This document shows positions 40,576 through 50,747 of a DNA stretch of 64,000 nt, piece after piece. The notes beneath the pieces are model-generated. The model had not been told where the DNA came from, ran no database searches, and was given only the letters and a program-made list of their open reading frames with translations. Made by a program: the position numbers and the translations under genes. The stretch is from the NCBI GenBank assembly GCA_963737065.1, contig CAVTRC010000001.1, forward strand, positions 1,952,001-2,016,000, given 5' to 3'. This DNA is from Candidatus Eremiobacteria bacterium (GTDB taxonomy: Bacteria; Vulcanimicrobiota; Vulcanimicrobiia; Vulcanimicrobiales; Vulcanimicrobiaceae). The stretch's first letter is position 1. The number at the start of each line of letters is the position of its first letter.

Positions 40576-41544
40576 TTATTGCGGCGAGGCGGCCGGCGAA
40601 GCGGCGGTCGCCGCGGCCGTTGCTGCCGGTCCGGCGGACCCCTGCGCGGGTGGTGCCGACGGGAACGCTGCCGCGAAACGCGGGTCGTTTACTTTAATGT
40701 CTGCCTTCGATTGCAGGTCTTGGAGGAACGGCTGAATCAACGGCGCCTCTTGCTGCTGGCGCAACAATGCGGCGATGCGGTCCTTGGTGTTGTCAAGCGT
40801 CGCCTTTTGACCCGGATCGCGGCTTTCGACCTGGATGATGTGATACCCGAAGGGCGACTTCACGGGCTGGCTGACTTGACCCACCGGCAGCGAGAACGCC
40901 GCCTTGTCGAACGCGGGGACCATTTGGCCGCGCCGGAACTCGCCCAGATCGCCGCCTTTGTCCTTGCTGCCCGGATCCATCGAGTACTGCTTGGCTTCGG
41001 CCGCAAAGTCCTTACCGGACTTCAGATCGCCTTCGACCTTCTCCGCCGTTTTCAGGTCGGGCACGAGAATGTGGCGCGCCTTCACTTGCTCCGGCTTATC
41101 GAATGCCGCGTGATTTTTATCGAAATACTGCTTGATCTGCGCGTCCGTCACGTGAACGTCTTTGCCGACGGCCTTGTCGATGATGATCTGTTCGCGCAGC
41201 GCGTTGTGGACGTCGTCCTCGCTGAGACCGCGCGCTTTGAGCATCTCGTCCCACTGACCGGGCGGGAAATTCGCCTTGAGGTCGTCTTCGCGTTTGGCGA
41301 TCTCGTCGTTGCTCACGGTGATATTGTTTTTCTTCGCGTACTGATCGATCAGTTGATCGCGAACCATCTGTTGCAGCGTTCCGAGCGCGGCCGGGCTCGA
41401 CTCGAGTTTATTGTCGAAGTCCGCTTTGCTGATCGGCGTGCCGTTCACAGTTGCGATGGCACCAGCCCCGCCGCTGCACGCCGCGAGCGACGCGGCGAGG
41501 AACGCGGTGGCAAGGCCCGCAAGGATGCGGTCGGCTTTCGGCAT
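40576..41544 (-). CDS. prsA: PrsA-like parvulin peptidyl-prolyl isomerase lipoprotein
   Basis: Lipobox LAAC; VKARHILV, F...AK.YS.DPGS..KGGDLG, MVPAF..AAF.L, SPFGYHII. Confidence 0.9.
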   Translation of the reverse strand: MPKADRILAGLATAFLAASLAACSGGAGAIATVNGTPISKADFDNKLESSPAALGTLQQMVRDQLIDQYAKKNNITVSNDEIAKREDDLKANFPPGQWDEMLKARGLSEDDVHNALREQIIIDKAVGKDVHVTDAQIKQYFDKNHAAFDKPEQVKARHILVPDLKTAEKVEGDLKSGKDFAAEAKQYSMDPGSKDKGGDLGEFRRGQMVPAFDKAAFSLPVGQVSQPVKSPFGYHIIQVESRDPGQKATLDNTKDRIAALLRQQQEAPLIQPFLQDLQSKADIKVNDPRFAAAFPSAPPAQGSAGPAATAAATAASPAASPQ

Positions 41545-41719
41545 GATCTCTCCAGGTGACAAGAGCGTAGTAAAGCGGAGCCGAGTGGCTCCGCGCCGTC
41601 GCCCCAGGTTCGTCCGTACCTACGGCCACCCCTACAGCAGCGTTCGAAAAAGCTGACGACCTCCGCTTCGGGAAAACCATCGTCCGCGGCTCGGCGCCGC
41701 GAGCTTTTTCCGGAGCGAG

Positions 41720-44700
41720 CTACATGGCTTCGAGGAGTTTGCGCAGCAGCGGCATCCATACTGCCTCGGCGCTGGCACCCTTCACAAGCGCGGGTAAGTC
41801 GACGACGATCTTGCCCTCGCCGAAGCGGAAGCGGTTCTTCGTGAGCGACTGAAATTTCGGAATCATCGATGGATCGAGCGAAAATCCCGATCCGACGCCG
41901 AGCGTCAAGCGCTTCTCATCGACGACGACGCGCGTTACGTGTTTGTGCAGCGCGATTGCGCGCAGCTTGGTGAGCTCGATGAGGCGTTCCAGTGGAACGG
42001 GGAAAGCGCCGAAGCGATCGCGGACGCCGGCGCCGATCTCCTCGACTTCGCTTTCCGAGCGCGCCTTCGCGAGTTGCTGGTAAACCGCAATCTTCTGCGA
42101 GACCTGCGGGATGTAGTCGTTCGGAATGAACGCGCTGATCTTTACGTCGATCACCGCTTCACGCTGATCTTCGAGCGATGCCGTCATGCCGCGCCGTTCC
42201 GCGATTGCGTCGGCGAGCAGCTGGCAGTACGTATCGAATCCGACCGATCCGATGAATCCCGACTGCGCGGCGCCGAGCAGATTGCCCGCACCGCGGATTT
42301 CGAGATCGCGCATCGCGATTTGCAAACCCGACCCGAGGTGCGTGAATTCGCGAATCGCTTCGAGGCGCGCTTTTGCTTCTTCGGTCAGCGCTTTGTGGCC
42401 TTGATAGAGCAGGTAGCAATAGGCTTGATGGTTCGATCGGCCGACGCGGCCGCGCAACTGGTAGAGTTGCGCGAGACCGAATTTGTCGGAATCATTGACG
42501 ATCATCGTATTGACGTTTGGGATGTCGATCCCGTTCTCGATGATCGTCGTCGCGACCAGCACGTCGGTGTCGCCGTCGATGAACGACTGCATCACCGGTT
42601 CCAGTTCGTTCTCGTGCATTTGACCGTGACCGACGGCGATGCGCGCGCGCGGGACGAGCCTCTCGAGTGCGTTCTTCACGGCGTAAATCGATTCGACCCG
42701 ATTGTGCAAGTAGTACACTTGGCCGCCGCGGTCGAGCTCCGCCGTCATCGCACGCTGCACGATCGCGTCGCTCGCCGGCACGACGACGGTCTTGACCGAC
42801 ATACGGTTCTTCGGCGCCGTTTGGATGAGCGAGAGATCGCGAACGCCCATGAGCGACATGTGGAGCGTCCGCGGAATCGGCGTCGCGGAAAGCGTCATTA
42901 CGTCGACGGACGACTTATATTCTTTGAGGCGCTCTTTGTGCATGACGCCGAAGCGCTGCTCTTCGTCGACGACGATGAGACCGAGATCGGCGAAGGCCAC
43001 GTCTTTCTGCAGCAGGCGGTGCGTGCCGATGATGATGTCGACCTTCCCTTCGGCGAGGTCTTTGAGGATCGCGCGCGCTTCCGCTTTGCTCTTGAAGCGC
43101 GAGATCTCTTCGATGCGCATTGGGAAGCCGGCGAAGCGGGAACTGAAGTTGCGATAATGTTGATCGGCGAGCAGCGTGGTGGGGACGAGTACGGCGACTT
43201 GCTTCTTGTCCGCAACGGCTTTGAATGCGGCGCGCATTGCGACTTCCGTTTTACCGTAACCGACGTCACCGCAGACCAGACGATCCATCGGGCGCGCGCG
43301 TTCCATGTCGCCTTTGACGGCGTCGATCGCTTTTGCCTGATCGACGGTCGGCTCGTACGGAAACGCCTCTTCCATTTCGCCTTGCCACGTCGTGTCCGGC
43401 CCGAACGCGTGGCCTTTGCTCAGTTCGCGCTCCGCATAGAGTTGCACCAGGCCGTCGGCGATTTTCGCGAGCGATTCGGAGACGCGTGTCTTCGTGCGCG
43501 CCCAGTCGGCGCCGCCCATCTTCGAAAGACGCGGCACCTGCCCTTCGGCCGCGGAATATCTCGTCACCTGATGCATTTGCGTCACGGGGACGAGCATGCG
43601 GTCCGAACCGGCATAGCGCAGATCGAGATAATCCTGCGTTGCGCCGAGGATCGTTTCGGTTCGCAAGCCGAGATACTGGCCGATCCCGTGCACGGCGTGA
43701 ACGACGTAGTCGCCAACCTTGAGATCGGCGAGCGTAACGGGGACGCCTTCCTTGACCGCGCGCAGCTTCACGCGTTTCGGCGGCTGTCCGAAGATTTCTC
43801 GGTCGCCGAGCACACGCAGGCGCAAATCGGGAAACGCGAACCCGCTTTCGATCGAACCGGAATCGACGAAGATACGTTCTGCGTTGACCCCCGTTGCGCG
43901 CAGTACATCCTTCACCCGCGAGACGCCGCTGCTCACGATAAAGACGGTTTCGCGTTGCGCCGTCCATTCGCGCACGCTCTGTGCGAAAAGCTCGATCTGC
44001 CGGTTGAAGTGCTCTACCGGGCGGCATTCGAGCACGTACGTCCGGGTGATGCGCGGCACGAATCCGAGCGACTCACCGGTTTCGATCGTGCCCGGAAAAA
44101 CAAGTCCGGGATGCGAGGCGAACGCGGCGGCCATTTCGCGCAAACGCGGATGCGGAAATGCCACCTCGGCAAGAAGTGCCTCGTCGACTTCACGATCGCT
44201 CACCGAGAATTCGCCGGATTCAACGCCGGCGAGCAACACGCTCTGTTCTCGCGAGCGTTCTTCTTCGAGTGCGGCTTCGACCGTCGCAAGCATCGACGGT
44301 TCGTCGAGCACGACGATCGCGTCGTCACGCAGATAATCGAGCAGCGTCGCGCGCTCGTCGTACGCGAGCGGAAGCCACGACGCGGGAACTTCGTTATCCG
44401 TTTCGATGAATGCGGAGAGGACGTCACGCACGCGATCGGGTCCCTCGAATCGTTCGACGATCCGCTCGCGGTACTGCTGTTCGCGCGGAATCTCGCCCCA
44501 CGGGACAATCTGCACTTCGTCGAGCGATCCTTCGCTGCGTTGGGTCACGAGATCGAAGGGCCGAATGCTCTCGACCGTATCGCCAAAGAACTCGATCCGG
44601 GTCGGCACGTCGTCGGTTGCCGCAAACAGGTCCAGGATACCGCCGCGCACGGCGTATTCGCCGACCGCGCTCACGACGTCGGTGCGCACGTAACCCAAAT

Positions 44701-45226
44701 GATAGAGACGCCGGAGCGTTTCGTCCCAGCCGGCATCTTCGCCCGTTCGCAGCGTGAAGCGAAGCGACTCGAACGTCGAGCGCGGCATCATGTACTGGCG
44801 CAGCGCGATGGTCGGCGCGAAAATGATACGGCGCTTGCGATTGACGAGATCGTTGAGCAGCGACATGCGCGCGCTGCGCTCCGACGGCGATTCAATCGCG
44901 CCGATGGCTTCGTCACGCGAGCGCAGTAACGCGACGTCACGCGGTTCTCGCTCGCCTAGGTAATAGAGCATGTCGGCAAATGCGCGTTCCGCTACGTCGG
45001 TCGTCGGGACGACGACGAGCATCGGCGTCTCCAACGCTGCGTACATCGACGCAAGCAACGCCGGCCGAGCCGCCGCGATCGTTTCGTGCGCGGCATACGC
45101 GCCGCGACCCGAGCGCAACGATTCAATTAACTCGGCGAGCGGTCGGCTTTGCGAGCGGAGGATGTCGAGGAAAGCAATGTTCGGCGCAGCGGTTGAATGA
45201 GCGGGACGGCGTTGTTCGGCAATCAC
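41720..45226 (-). CDS. mfd: Transcription-repair coupling factor
   Basis: GDYVVH..HGIG, CGDVGYGKTEVA, DEEQRFGV, SATPIPRT, QLRGRVGRS, RDLEIRGAGNLLG; GTG 45226 overlaps the upstream stop (GTGA). Confidence 0.96.
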   Translation of the reverse strand: MIAEQRRPAHSTAAPNIAFLDILRSQSRPLAELIESLRSGRGAYAAHETIAAARPALLASMYAALETPMLVVVPTTDVAERAFADMLYYLGEREPRDVALLRSRDEAIGAIESPSERSARMSLLNDLVNRKRRIIFAPTIALRQYMMPRSTFESLRFTLRTGEDAGWDETLRRLYHLGYVRTDVVSAVGEYAVRGGILDLFAATDDVPTRIEFFGDTVESIRPFDLVTQRSEGSLDEVQIVPWGEIPREQQYRERIVERFEGPDRVRDVLSAFIETDNEVPASWLPLAYDERATLLDYLRDDAIVVLDEPSMLATVEAALEEERSREQSVLLAGVESGEFSVSDREVDEALLAEVAFPHPRLREMAAAFASHPGLVFPGTIETGESLGFVPRITRTYVLECRPVEHFNRQIELFAQSVREWTAQRETVFIVSSGVSRVKDVLRATGVNAERIFVDSGSIESGFAFPDLRLRVLGDREIFGQPPKRVKLRAVKEGVPVTLADLKVGDYVVHAVHGIGQYLGLRTETILGATQDYLDLRYAGSDRMLVPVTQMHQVTRYSAAEGQVPRLSKMGGADWARTKTRVSESLAKIADGLVQLYAERELSKGHAFGPDTTWQGEMEEAFPYEPTVDQAKAIDAVKGDMERARPMDRLVCGDVGYGKTEVAMRAAFKAVADKKQVAVLVPTTLLADQHYRNFSSRFAGFPMRIEEISRFKSKAEARAILKDLAEGKVDIIIGTHRLLQKDVAFADLGLIVVDEEQRFGVMHKERLKEYKSSVDVMTLSATPIPRTLHMSLMGVRDLSLIQTAPKNRMSVKTVVVPASDAIVQRAMTAELDRGGQVYYLHNRVESIYAVKNALERLVPRARIAVGHGQMHENELEPVMQSFIDGDTDVLVATTIIENGIDIPNVNTMIVNDSDKFGLAQLYQLRGRVGRSNHQAYCYLLYQGHKALTEEAKARLEAIREFTHLGSGLQIAMRDLEIRGAGNLLGAAQSGFIGSVGFDTYCQLLADAIAERRGMTASLEDQREAVIDVKISAFIPNDYIPQVSQKIAVYQQLAKARSESEVEEIGAGVRDRFGAFPVPLERLIELTKLRAIALHKHVTRVVVDEKRLTLGVGSGFSLDPSMIPKFQSLTKNRFRFGEGKIVVDLPALVKGASAEAVWMPLLRKLLEAM

Positions 45227-46512
45227 GAGCGCACGATTATACCACGCTTCAAGAGCGGCGCATAACCCAGAAGCGACGCGATCCCGAGTGCCAGCGTCGC
45301 GGCGCTGTTCGGCTCCGCAACCGCATCGGGGATATAGCGCAGCATGGTGGCCGCAGCAACGAGCGCGACACAGAGCGAGATACGATCGTCGCTCGACCAT
45401 GCGCCGAGCGGAAGCAGCCACAACGCATACCACGGATACGGGTTCGGAATCACGAGCCACACCGCGAGCGCAATCAACGTCAAGCGATCGACGTCGGTCG
45501 TTGCGTTGCGCGCGCGCAGCAACACGCCGCTCGCGACGGCGAGTGCGAGGAGCGGATGCAGTGACTGCACGGACACGATCGGCGCGTAGTGGCCGTGCGG
45601 TGCCAGGTCGTGTGCCGCTCCGTAGATCAGCGGGAGCGACGCACATACGACGACGGCGATGCCCGCTGCCGCCGCTGCGACGGCGCGCCAATCATGGTGA
45701 TCGACGACGCCTTTTATCGCGAGCGCGCCGCCCGCAAGGATTGCCGGAACCTTGATCGCCGCGGCGAGCATGGTAACGAACGCGCCTGCCGCGCGATTGC
45801 GGCGATACAGAACGACGCCGCAGAGCGCGAGCGCGAGCATCAGCGTGTCGTTGTGACCTTCCGCCGCCGCCCACAGTGCGATGGGATTGAGCGCAAAGAA
45901 TAATGCCGCGCGGCGTGCCCGCCGATCGCGTTCGTCAGTGCCACAGCGCGCAAGCAGATACGTGCACGCGATAAACGCTGTACACGAGAGCACGCGGAAG
46001 GCGTTGAGTTGTCCCGCGATGTTGAAGTGTTGCGTTACGACGGAGACGAACTGCGCGATCGCGACGAAGAGCGTGCCGTAGACACACACCGGAAGCGCGC
46101 CGCTCCATTGCCAGAGCGCCGCGCGGAAAATCGGGTCGTTCGTTGGAAGGGTGACGTGAACGTACGGATTGATGCCGATGCGCGCCATTTCACCGTACGC
46201 CGCGTACGCGTAGACATCGCTCGAGAAGAGCGGCAACCAAAAGAGAGCAGCGACGAGCGCGATCGATGACGCAGCAAGCGTTTCGCGAACCGGCTGCGCT
46301 GCACGCCGTAACGAGCACGCATACGGGATCGACGCCGCCGCGATGGCTCCGAAGAGCACGGCGATGAAGAGCGCGCCCGGGGGACCCCACCATGTGACGA
46401 CCGGTATCGGCTGGGCGAGGTCGATGACGAAGCGTGCCGGCGCGAAGCCCAGCAGCGTTCTGCTTACGAGGGCGCCCGCCGCAAAGATCGCCGCGGTCAA
46501 AATCAATCGCAC
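45223..46512 (-). CDS. GT-C membrane glycosyltransferase (MptA/MptB- or GT87-like)
   Basis: LFSSDVYAY..YG, NPY, CVYG, LNP......EGHND, IK, YPWY..W; multi-TM. Confidence 0.75.
   Translation of the reverse strand: MRLILTAAIFAAGALVSRTLLGFAPARFVIDLAQPIPVVTWWGPPGALFIAVLFGAIAAASIPYACSLRRAAQPVRETLAASSIALVAALFWLPLFSSDVYAYAAYGEMARIGINPYVHVTLPTNDPIFRAALWQWSGALPVCVYGTLFVAIAQFVSVVTQHFNIAGQLNAFRVLSCTAFIACTYLLARCGTDERDRRARRAALFFALNPIALWAAAEGHNDTLMLALALCGVVLYRRNRAAGAFVTMLAAAIKVPAILAGGALAIKGVVDHHDWRAVAAAAAGIAVVVCASLPLIYGAAHDLAPHGHYAPIVSVQSLHPLLALAVASGVLLRARNATTDVDRLTLIALAVWLVIPNPYPWYALWLLPLGAWSSDDRISLCVALVAAATMLRYIPDAVAEPNSAATLALGIASLLGYAPLLKRGIIVRS
45236..45244 (-). promoter_or_regulatory. Consensus extended -10 (TGgTATAAT) just upstream of mfd, inside the preceding gene
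   Basis: Minus strand reads TGGTATAATcgtgcgctcGTG. Confidence 0.55.
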
Positions 46513-47796
46513 GTAGGGCTCGGTGTTCGCGCTGCCATCCCGATCGCGAGCAAAACGATCCACGGTTCAGCGATCTTCGGATAGAACACGAGGTAGTCCG
46601 CGAGTTGATGAATCGCAAGTGCAAGCGTCGCGGCAAATGCGGCAAGTACCCACGCCGACCGGCGGACCGCGGGCCAAAGTTGGACGAGCGCCACGCCGAC
46701 GAAGAACACGCGTTGCTGCGAAGAGCACGATGCCGCCCTCCGCAAGCGCTTGCAGGTACCAGTTGTTCGCGTGCGTGCGTACACCGTAGATTCCCGCTTG
46801 CGGAAGGCGGTTTTCGTAATTGCCGGCGCCGATTCCGAAGACGGGATGCCGGCGAAAGAAGAACAATGCGGCCCGCCACAACTCTGCGCGCTGACCTACG
46901 CCGCCCGCTCCTGCGAACGTGCTCGACGGGTTGCGAAGTATCGGAAGCGTGCGTGCCGCGTGCGCCCAGCCGGCGTCGAGAATTGCTCCGGCGAGCGCGG
47001 CGCCGAGAAACGGTCCGGTCGCGCGAAGTGCGTGCCGTTGCGCGGACAAGATGACAACGCCCGCGACGATGACGCAGCCCACGACTCCGCCGCGCGAAAA
47101 GCTCAGTAGCAGCGTCAATCCGATCAGCACGCAGAGGATCGCCGACGCGCGCGACGCCACGCGCGTCCGCCACGCGAGCACGATCGCGAGTGCGACTTCC
47201 AAGTAGCACGCAAGTTGATTGGGACCTTCCAGCACGCCGCTGATGCGCGGTGCGACGCCCGCTCCGAATACGATGTCCCACGGCGCACCGGTAAACTCTT
47301 GGACGAGCGCGCTGACGCACACGATGGCGATTGATACCTCGAATGCTCGTCGTATCAACGGATCGTCGCGCTCGATCGAAAAACCGGCGTATGCCGCGCA
47401 GAAGAACACGCCGTATTCGACCCATTTCAAAAACTCGCTCACGACCGAACCGCGCTGTTGCGCACCGATTGCCGAAAGCGCGATCGCAACGAGGATTGCA
47501 GCGAAGGCCCACAGCATCGCGCGCGCATCGCGGAGGGAATGCAACGCGGTGCGCCAGGACGGCAGCAACCCGACAACCACGGCCAGAACGACGATCTTCG
47601 GAAACGTGACGGTCGTTGTGCCGAGCGTGTGATAGAAGGCGAACGGTGTAATGAATCCCAACGCCGCGACGCCGAGTGCAGCGCGGCGCATCGTCGCCAA
47701 TGCGACGCCGGCGAAGAGTGCGGTGAAGAGTAAGAGCGCTCCGGGATCCAGCGCGGGATAGATAACGTACTCTTCCACCACGGGATGATAGTGCAC
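46503..47796 (-). CDS. O-antigen ligase family protein; frameshift near 46710
   Basis: R.SG..EGPNQLA, SFSRGG, R..LW, P.FGIGAGNY, HANNWYLQ.LAEGG; C-terminal TM helices continue in ORF 46503..46784. Confidence 0.8.
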
Positions 47797-47819
47797 CGGT
47801 GGCGCCGTTCGAGACGGCG

Positions 47820-47870
47820 CTTCGACCCTCCTCAGCCTTCGGATGGCGCTTCGCGCCTGCGCAGGATGAC
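47820..47870. repeat. REP-like palindromic element (CTTCGAC...CAGGATGAC type)
   Basis: CTTCGAC at 47820, internal GGCGC-TTC-GCGCC hairpin, GCAGGATGAC end; lies between divergent genes. Confidence 0.4.
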
Positions 47871-47904
47871 AATTCCAATGGTAGCGACGAAACGGCTGGT
47901 CAGC

Positions 47905-49155
47905 ATGAACGAATCTGCAATGCGCCGCGCGATCGAGCGCAAACGTGAGGGCGAGGCGCTATCCGCCGCGACGTGGGATGCAATCGTCGAATCCTATATG
48001 GAAGGAGAGATCGGCGACGAGCAGATGGCCGCGATGCTGATGGCCTGTGTGTGGCGTGGGCTGAGCATTGCCGAAGCGACGGCGTTAACGCGGGCGATCG
48101 TTGATAGCGGTGCGACGATCAGCTATCCCGAGAGCGTGTTCGTGCTGGACAAACATTCCAGCGGCGGCGTGAGCGACGTCGTCTCGCTCGTAACCGTTCC
48201 GCTCGTTGCGGCATGCGGGGTGCCGGTCGCGAAGCTTTCCGGGCGCGCGCTCGGACACACCGGCGGAACGATCGACAAACTCGAAACGATTCCGGGATTC
48301 AACGTTGCGCCGTCGATCGAAGCGTTCATGAAGCAAGTCGAATGGATCGGCTGCGCGATCGCAGCGCAGAGCGAAGGTTTCGTTCCGGCGGATAAACGTC
48401 TCTACACGCTGCGCGACCGCACGGCTACCGTTCCAAGCATTGGTCTCATCGCATCGTCGATCGTGTCGAAGAAAATCGCGGGCGGCGCAAACGCATTCGT
48501 GTTCGACGTGAAGTGCGGATCCGCGGCATTCATGCACGATCCCGGCCAGGCGACGGACCTCGCGCAAGCCCTCGTCGCAATCGCAACGCAATTCCGCCGT
48601 AAAGCGCGCGCTATCGTGACCGACATGAACGAGCCCTTAGGCCATGCGATCGGGACCGGACTCGAAGTGATCGAAGCGCGCGACGTACTGCGCGGCGAGA
48701 TCGACGACGAACGCACGCGCGAGGGATGCCTTCGCGTTGCCGTTGAGATGCTGGAGCTCGCCGGTATCCACGAGCCGATGACCGCAGCCGTTACCGCTCT
48801 ACGCGAGGGCCGTGCGTACCAAAAATTCACGGCAATGATCGCTGCGCAAGGCGGCGACGTTGCAGCAATGGAACGGCTCGCGCCAAGCGCAACGGTCACG
48901 GAACTACGTGCGGAGCACGAGGGTTATGTCATAGAAATCGACGCGGTGACGCTCGGCAACGTTGCGCGCGAGTTGAGCGCGCACGATTCTGTCGCAGGGC
49001 TTCGTGTAAACGTGCGGGTGGGCGATCCGGTAAAGCGCGACGATGTACTCGCATACCTGTACGGCGCTCGCGCGCACGTTAGCCGCATCCACGATGCGAT
49101 TAGGGTTGCGAACGCCGCTCCGTCGCCCCGCCCGTTTGTGTACGCAAGGATCTAA
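47905..49155 (+). CDS. pdp: Pyrimidine-nucleoside/thymidine phosphorylase
   Basis: DKHSSGGV, KLSGRALGHTGGTIDKLE.IPGF, PADKRLY.LRD.TATV.SI.LIASSI.SKK.A, DVKCGS.AFM. Confidence 0.92.
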   Translation: MNESAMRRAIERKREGEALSAATWDAIVESYMEGEIGDEQMAAMLMACVWRGLSIAEATALTRAIVDSGATISYPESVFVLDKHSSGGVSDVVSLVTVPLVAACGVPVAKLSGRALGHTGGTIDKLETIPGFNVAPSIEAFMKQVEWIGCAIAAQSEGFVPADKRLYTLRDRTATVPSIGLIASSIVSKKIAGGANAFVFDVKCGSAAFMHDPGQATDLAQALVAIATQFRRKARAIVTDMNEPLGHAIGTGLEVIEARDVLRGEIDDERTREGCLRVAVEMLELAGIHEPMTAAVTALREGRAYQKFTAMIAAQGGDVAAMERLAPSATVTELRAEHEGYVIEIDAVTLGNVARELSAHDSVAGLRVNVRVGDPVKRDDVLAYLYGARAHVSRIHDAIRVANAAPSPRPFVYARI

Positions 49156-50107
49156 CGGGCTCGGCACTTCGTTCGATATCGGTGATGAGATAGAGCGGCC
49201 GGCCTTTGACTTCGTCGTAAATTCGTCCGATGTATTCGCCGAGGATGCCGAGGCTGATCAGCTGAACGCCGCCGAGAAAGAGCACCGCGACGATCGTCGA
49301 CGCCCAACCGGGCGTGTAGCCGGGGGCGTTGTGGCCGAACAGTTTATAGAGTATGACGATCAACGCGTATATGAACGCGATGAGACTGCAAACGAAACCG
49401 AGATACGATGCGAAGCGCAGCGGCACATCGGAGAACGACGTGATACCGTCGACCGCGAAACGCAGCATCTTTTGGAAGGGATACTTCGTCGTTCCGGAAT
49501 GGCGAACATCACGGTCGTAATCGATCCCGATTTGATTGTAGCCGACCCAGCTCACGAGCCCGCGTAAGAAGCGATGGCGCTCCGGCATTCGCCTAAGCGC
49601 GTCGACGACGCGCCGGCTCATGAGCCGGAAGTCGCCGGTGTCGACCGGAATCGAGACCTTTGTGAGCCGCTTGATCGTGCGATAAAAGATGCGCGCGGTG
49701 AAGACTTTGAACGCGCTTTCCCCCTTGCGCGTTCGGCGCACGGCGTACACCACGTCATAGCCTTCATGCCACTTCTCGACGAACTGTTCGATGAGTTCGG
49801 GCGGGTCTTGCAAGTCGCCGTCCATCAGCACGACCGCATCACCTTGCGCGAGCTCGACCCCAGCCGTGGCCGCCAGTTGGTGACCGAAGTTGCGGGAGAG
49901 GTTCACGAGCACGACGTTCGCGTGGCGCCGCACCTCTTCGCGTATGTGCTCGAGCGTCCGGTCCGTGCTGCCGTCGTTCACGAGGATCACTTCGTACGTG
50001 GGCCGTTCCGGTAGACGCGTGGCGATCGAGACGATGCGCTCGACGAGAGGATGGACGTTGTCCTCCTCGTTGTACAGGGGCACGACGATGCTAAGCGCCG
50101 GATGCAT
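49100..50107 (-). CDS. GT2 polyprenyl-phosphate glycosyltransferase (GtrB/ArnC-like)
   Basis: VVPLYNEE, DGSTD, SRNFGHQ, MDGDLQDPP, TGDFRL, two TM helices, GEYIGRIY.EVK.RP. Confidence 0.92.
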   Translation of the reverse strand: MHPALSIVVPLYNEEDNVHPLVERIVSIATRLPERPTYEVILVNDGSTDRTLEHIREEVRRHANVVLVNLSRNFGHQLAATAGVELAQGDAVVLMDGDLQDPPELIEQFVEKWHEGYDVVYAVRRTRKGESAFKVFTARIFYRTIKRLTKVSIPVDTGDFRLMSRRVVDALRRMPERHRFLRGLVSWVGYNQIGIDYDRDVRHSGTTKYPFQKMLRFAVDGITSFSDVPLRFASYLGFVCSLIAFIYALIVILYKLFGHNAPGYTPGWASTIVAVLFLGGVQLISLGILGEYIGRIYDEVKGRPLYLITDIERSAEPVRSLRTQTGGATERRSQP

Positions 50108-50183
50108 GGCCGCGCGCCTTTCGACGCGCCACGCTCTCGCGCATGCACGGAACGACACCGTGTGAAGCGAACGTTAGCCGACC

Positions 50184-50747
50184 ATGCGATTCCGCGTCAT
50201 AGCGACAGTACTCACCGTCCTCTTGTCGGCTTGTGCGCTGCACGCCGATCGAGGTCAGGAATCATCACCGTCGCCGTCGCCCACGCCGTCACCCGCACCG
50301 TTCGTATCACCGGCACCTCGGGCGACGGAACAGTCCCCCGCGCCGCCGCTTCTCACGCCCTCCACAAACGCGTTACCCGCGGCAACGCCGCCGCCCGCCA
50401 CGGCCGTGCCTGGAGCGACGTTACCGGCATCGGGCGTCGTTACGCCATCGCAGCAAGCAGAAAGCGCGCCGCCGCAGATCGTTGACCTGCATCTCGACAA
50501 AACGGTGGTCCAGTCGGGTGAAGTGGTGTCCGGGATGGTCCTGACTTCACTGAACACGGCAAGCGTTGAAGCGCGCATCGGCGGCTACGGAATCTCCGTT
50601 CCGAAAGTCGGAGCGGGACGTTTTGCGATAAAGTACACCGTCCCGAGTGTGCCGTTCTTCCTCAAACGTACGTACGACATGGTCGTGATCGCACGCAACA
50701 CGGCCGGCGTAAAGACGCAGCGTACCGTGTCGATCACGATTCGCTAA
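50184..50747 (+). CDS. Hypothetical secreted/lipoprotein with a Pro/Ser/Thr-rich linker and Ig-like C-terminal domain
   Basis: LSAC lipobox-like; SSPSPSPTPSPAP tract. Confidence 0.7.
   Translation: MRFRVIATVLTVLLSACALHADRGQESSPSPSPTPSPAPFVSPAPRATEQSPAPPLLTPSTNALPAATPPPATAVPGATLPASGVVTPSQQAESAPPQIVDLHLDKTVVQSGEVVSGMVLTSLNTASVEARIGGYGISVPKVGAGRFAIKYTVPSVPFFLKRTYDMVVIARNTAGVKTQRTVSITIR

Noticed and set aside
41563..41719. Possible riboswitch in the mfd-prsA spacer
   Set aside because: Only short hairpins; no recognisable aptamer consensus
41939..44929. 996-aa ORF on the + strand
   Set aside because: Exact antisense shadow of mfd; no recognisable motifs; expected from high-GC codon bias
45227..45691. 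N-terminal 155-aa extension of Mfd in the ORF track
   Set aside because: Overlaps the GT-C gene; GTG 45226 with GTGA coupling and an adjacent -10 box is the better start
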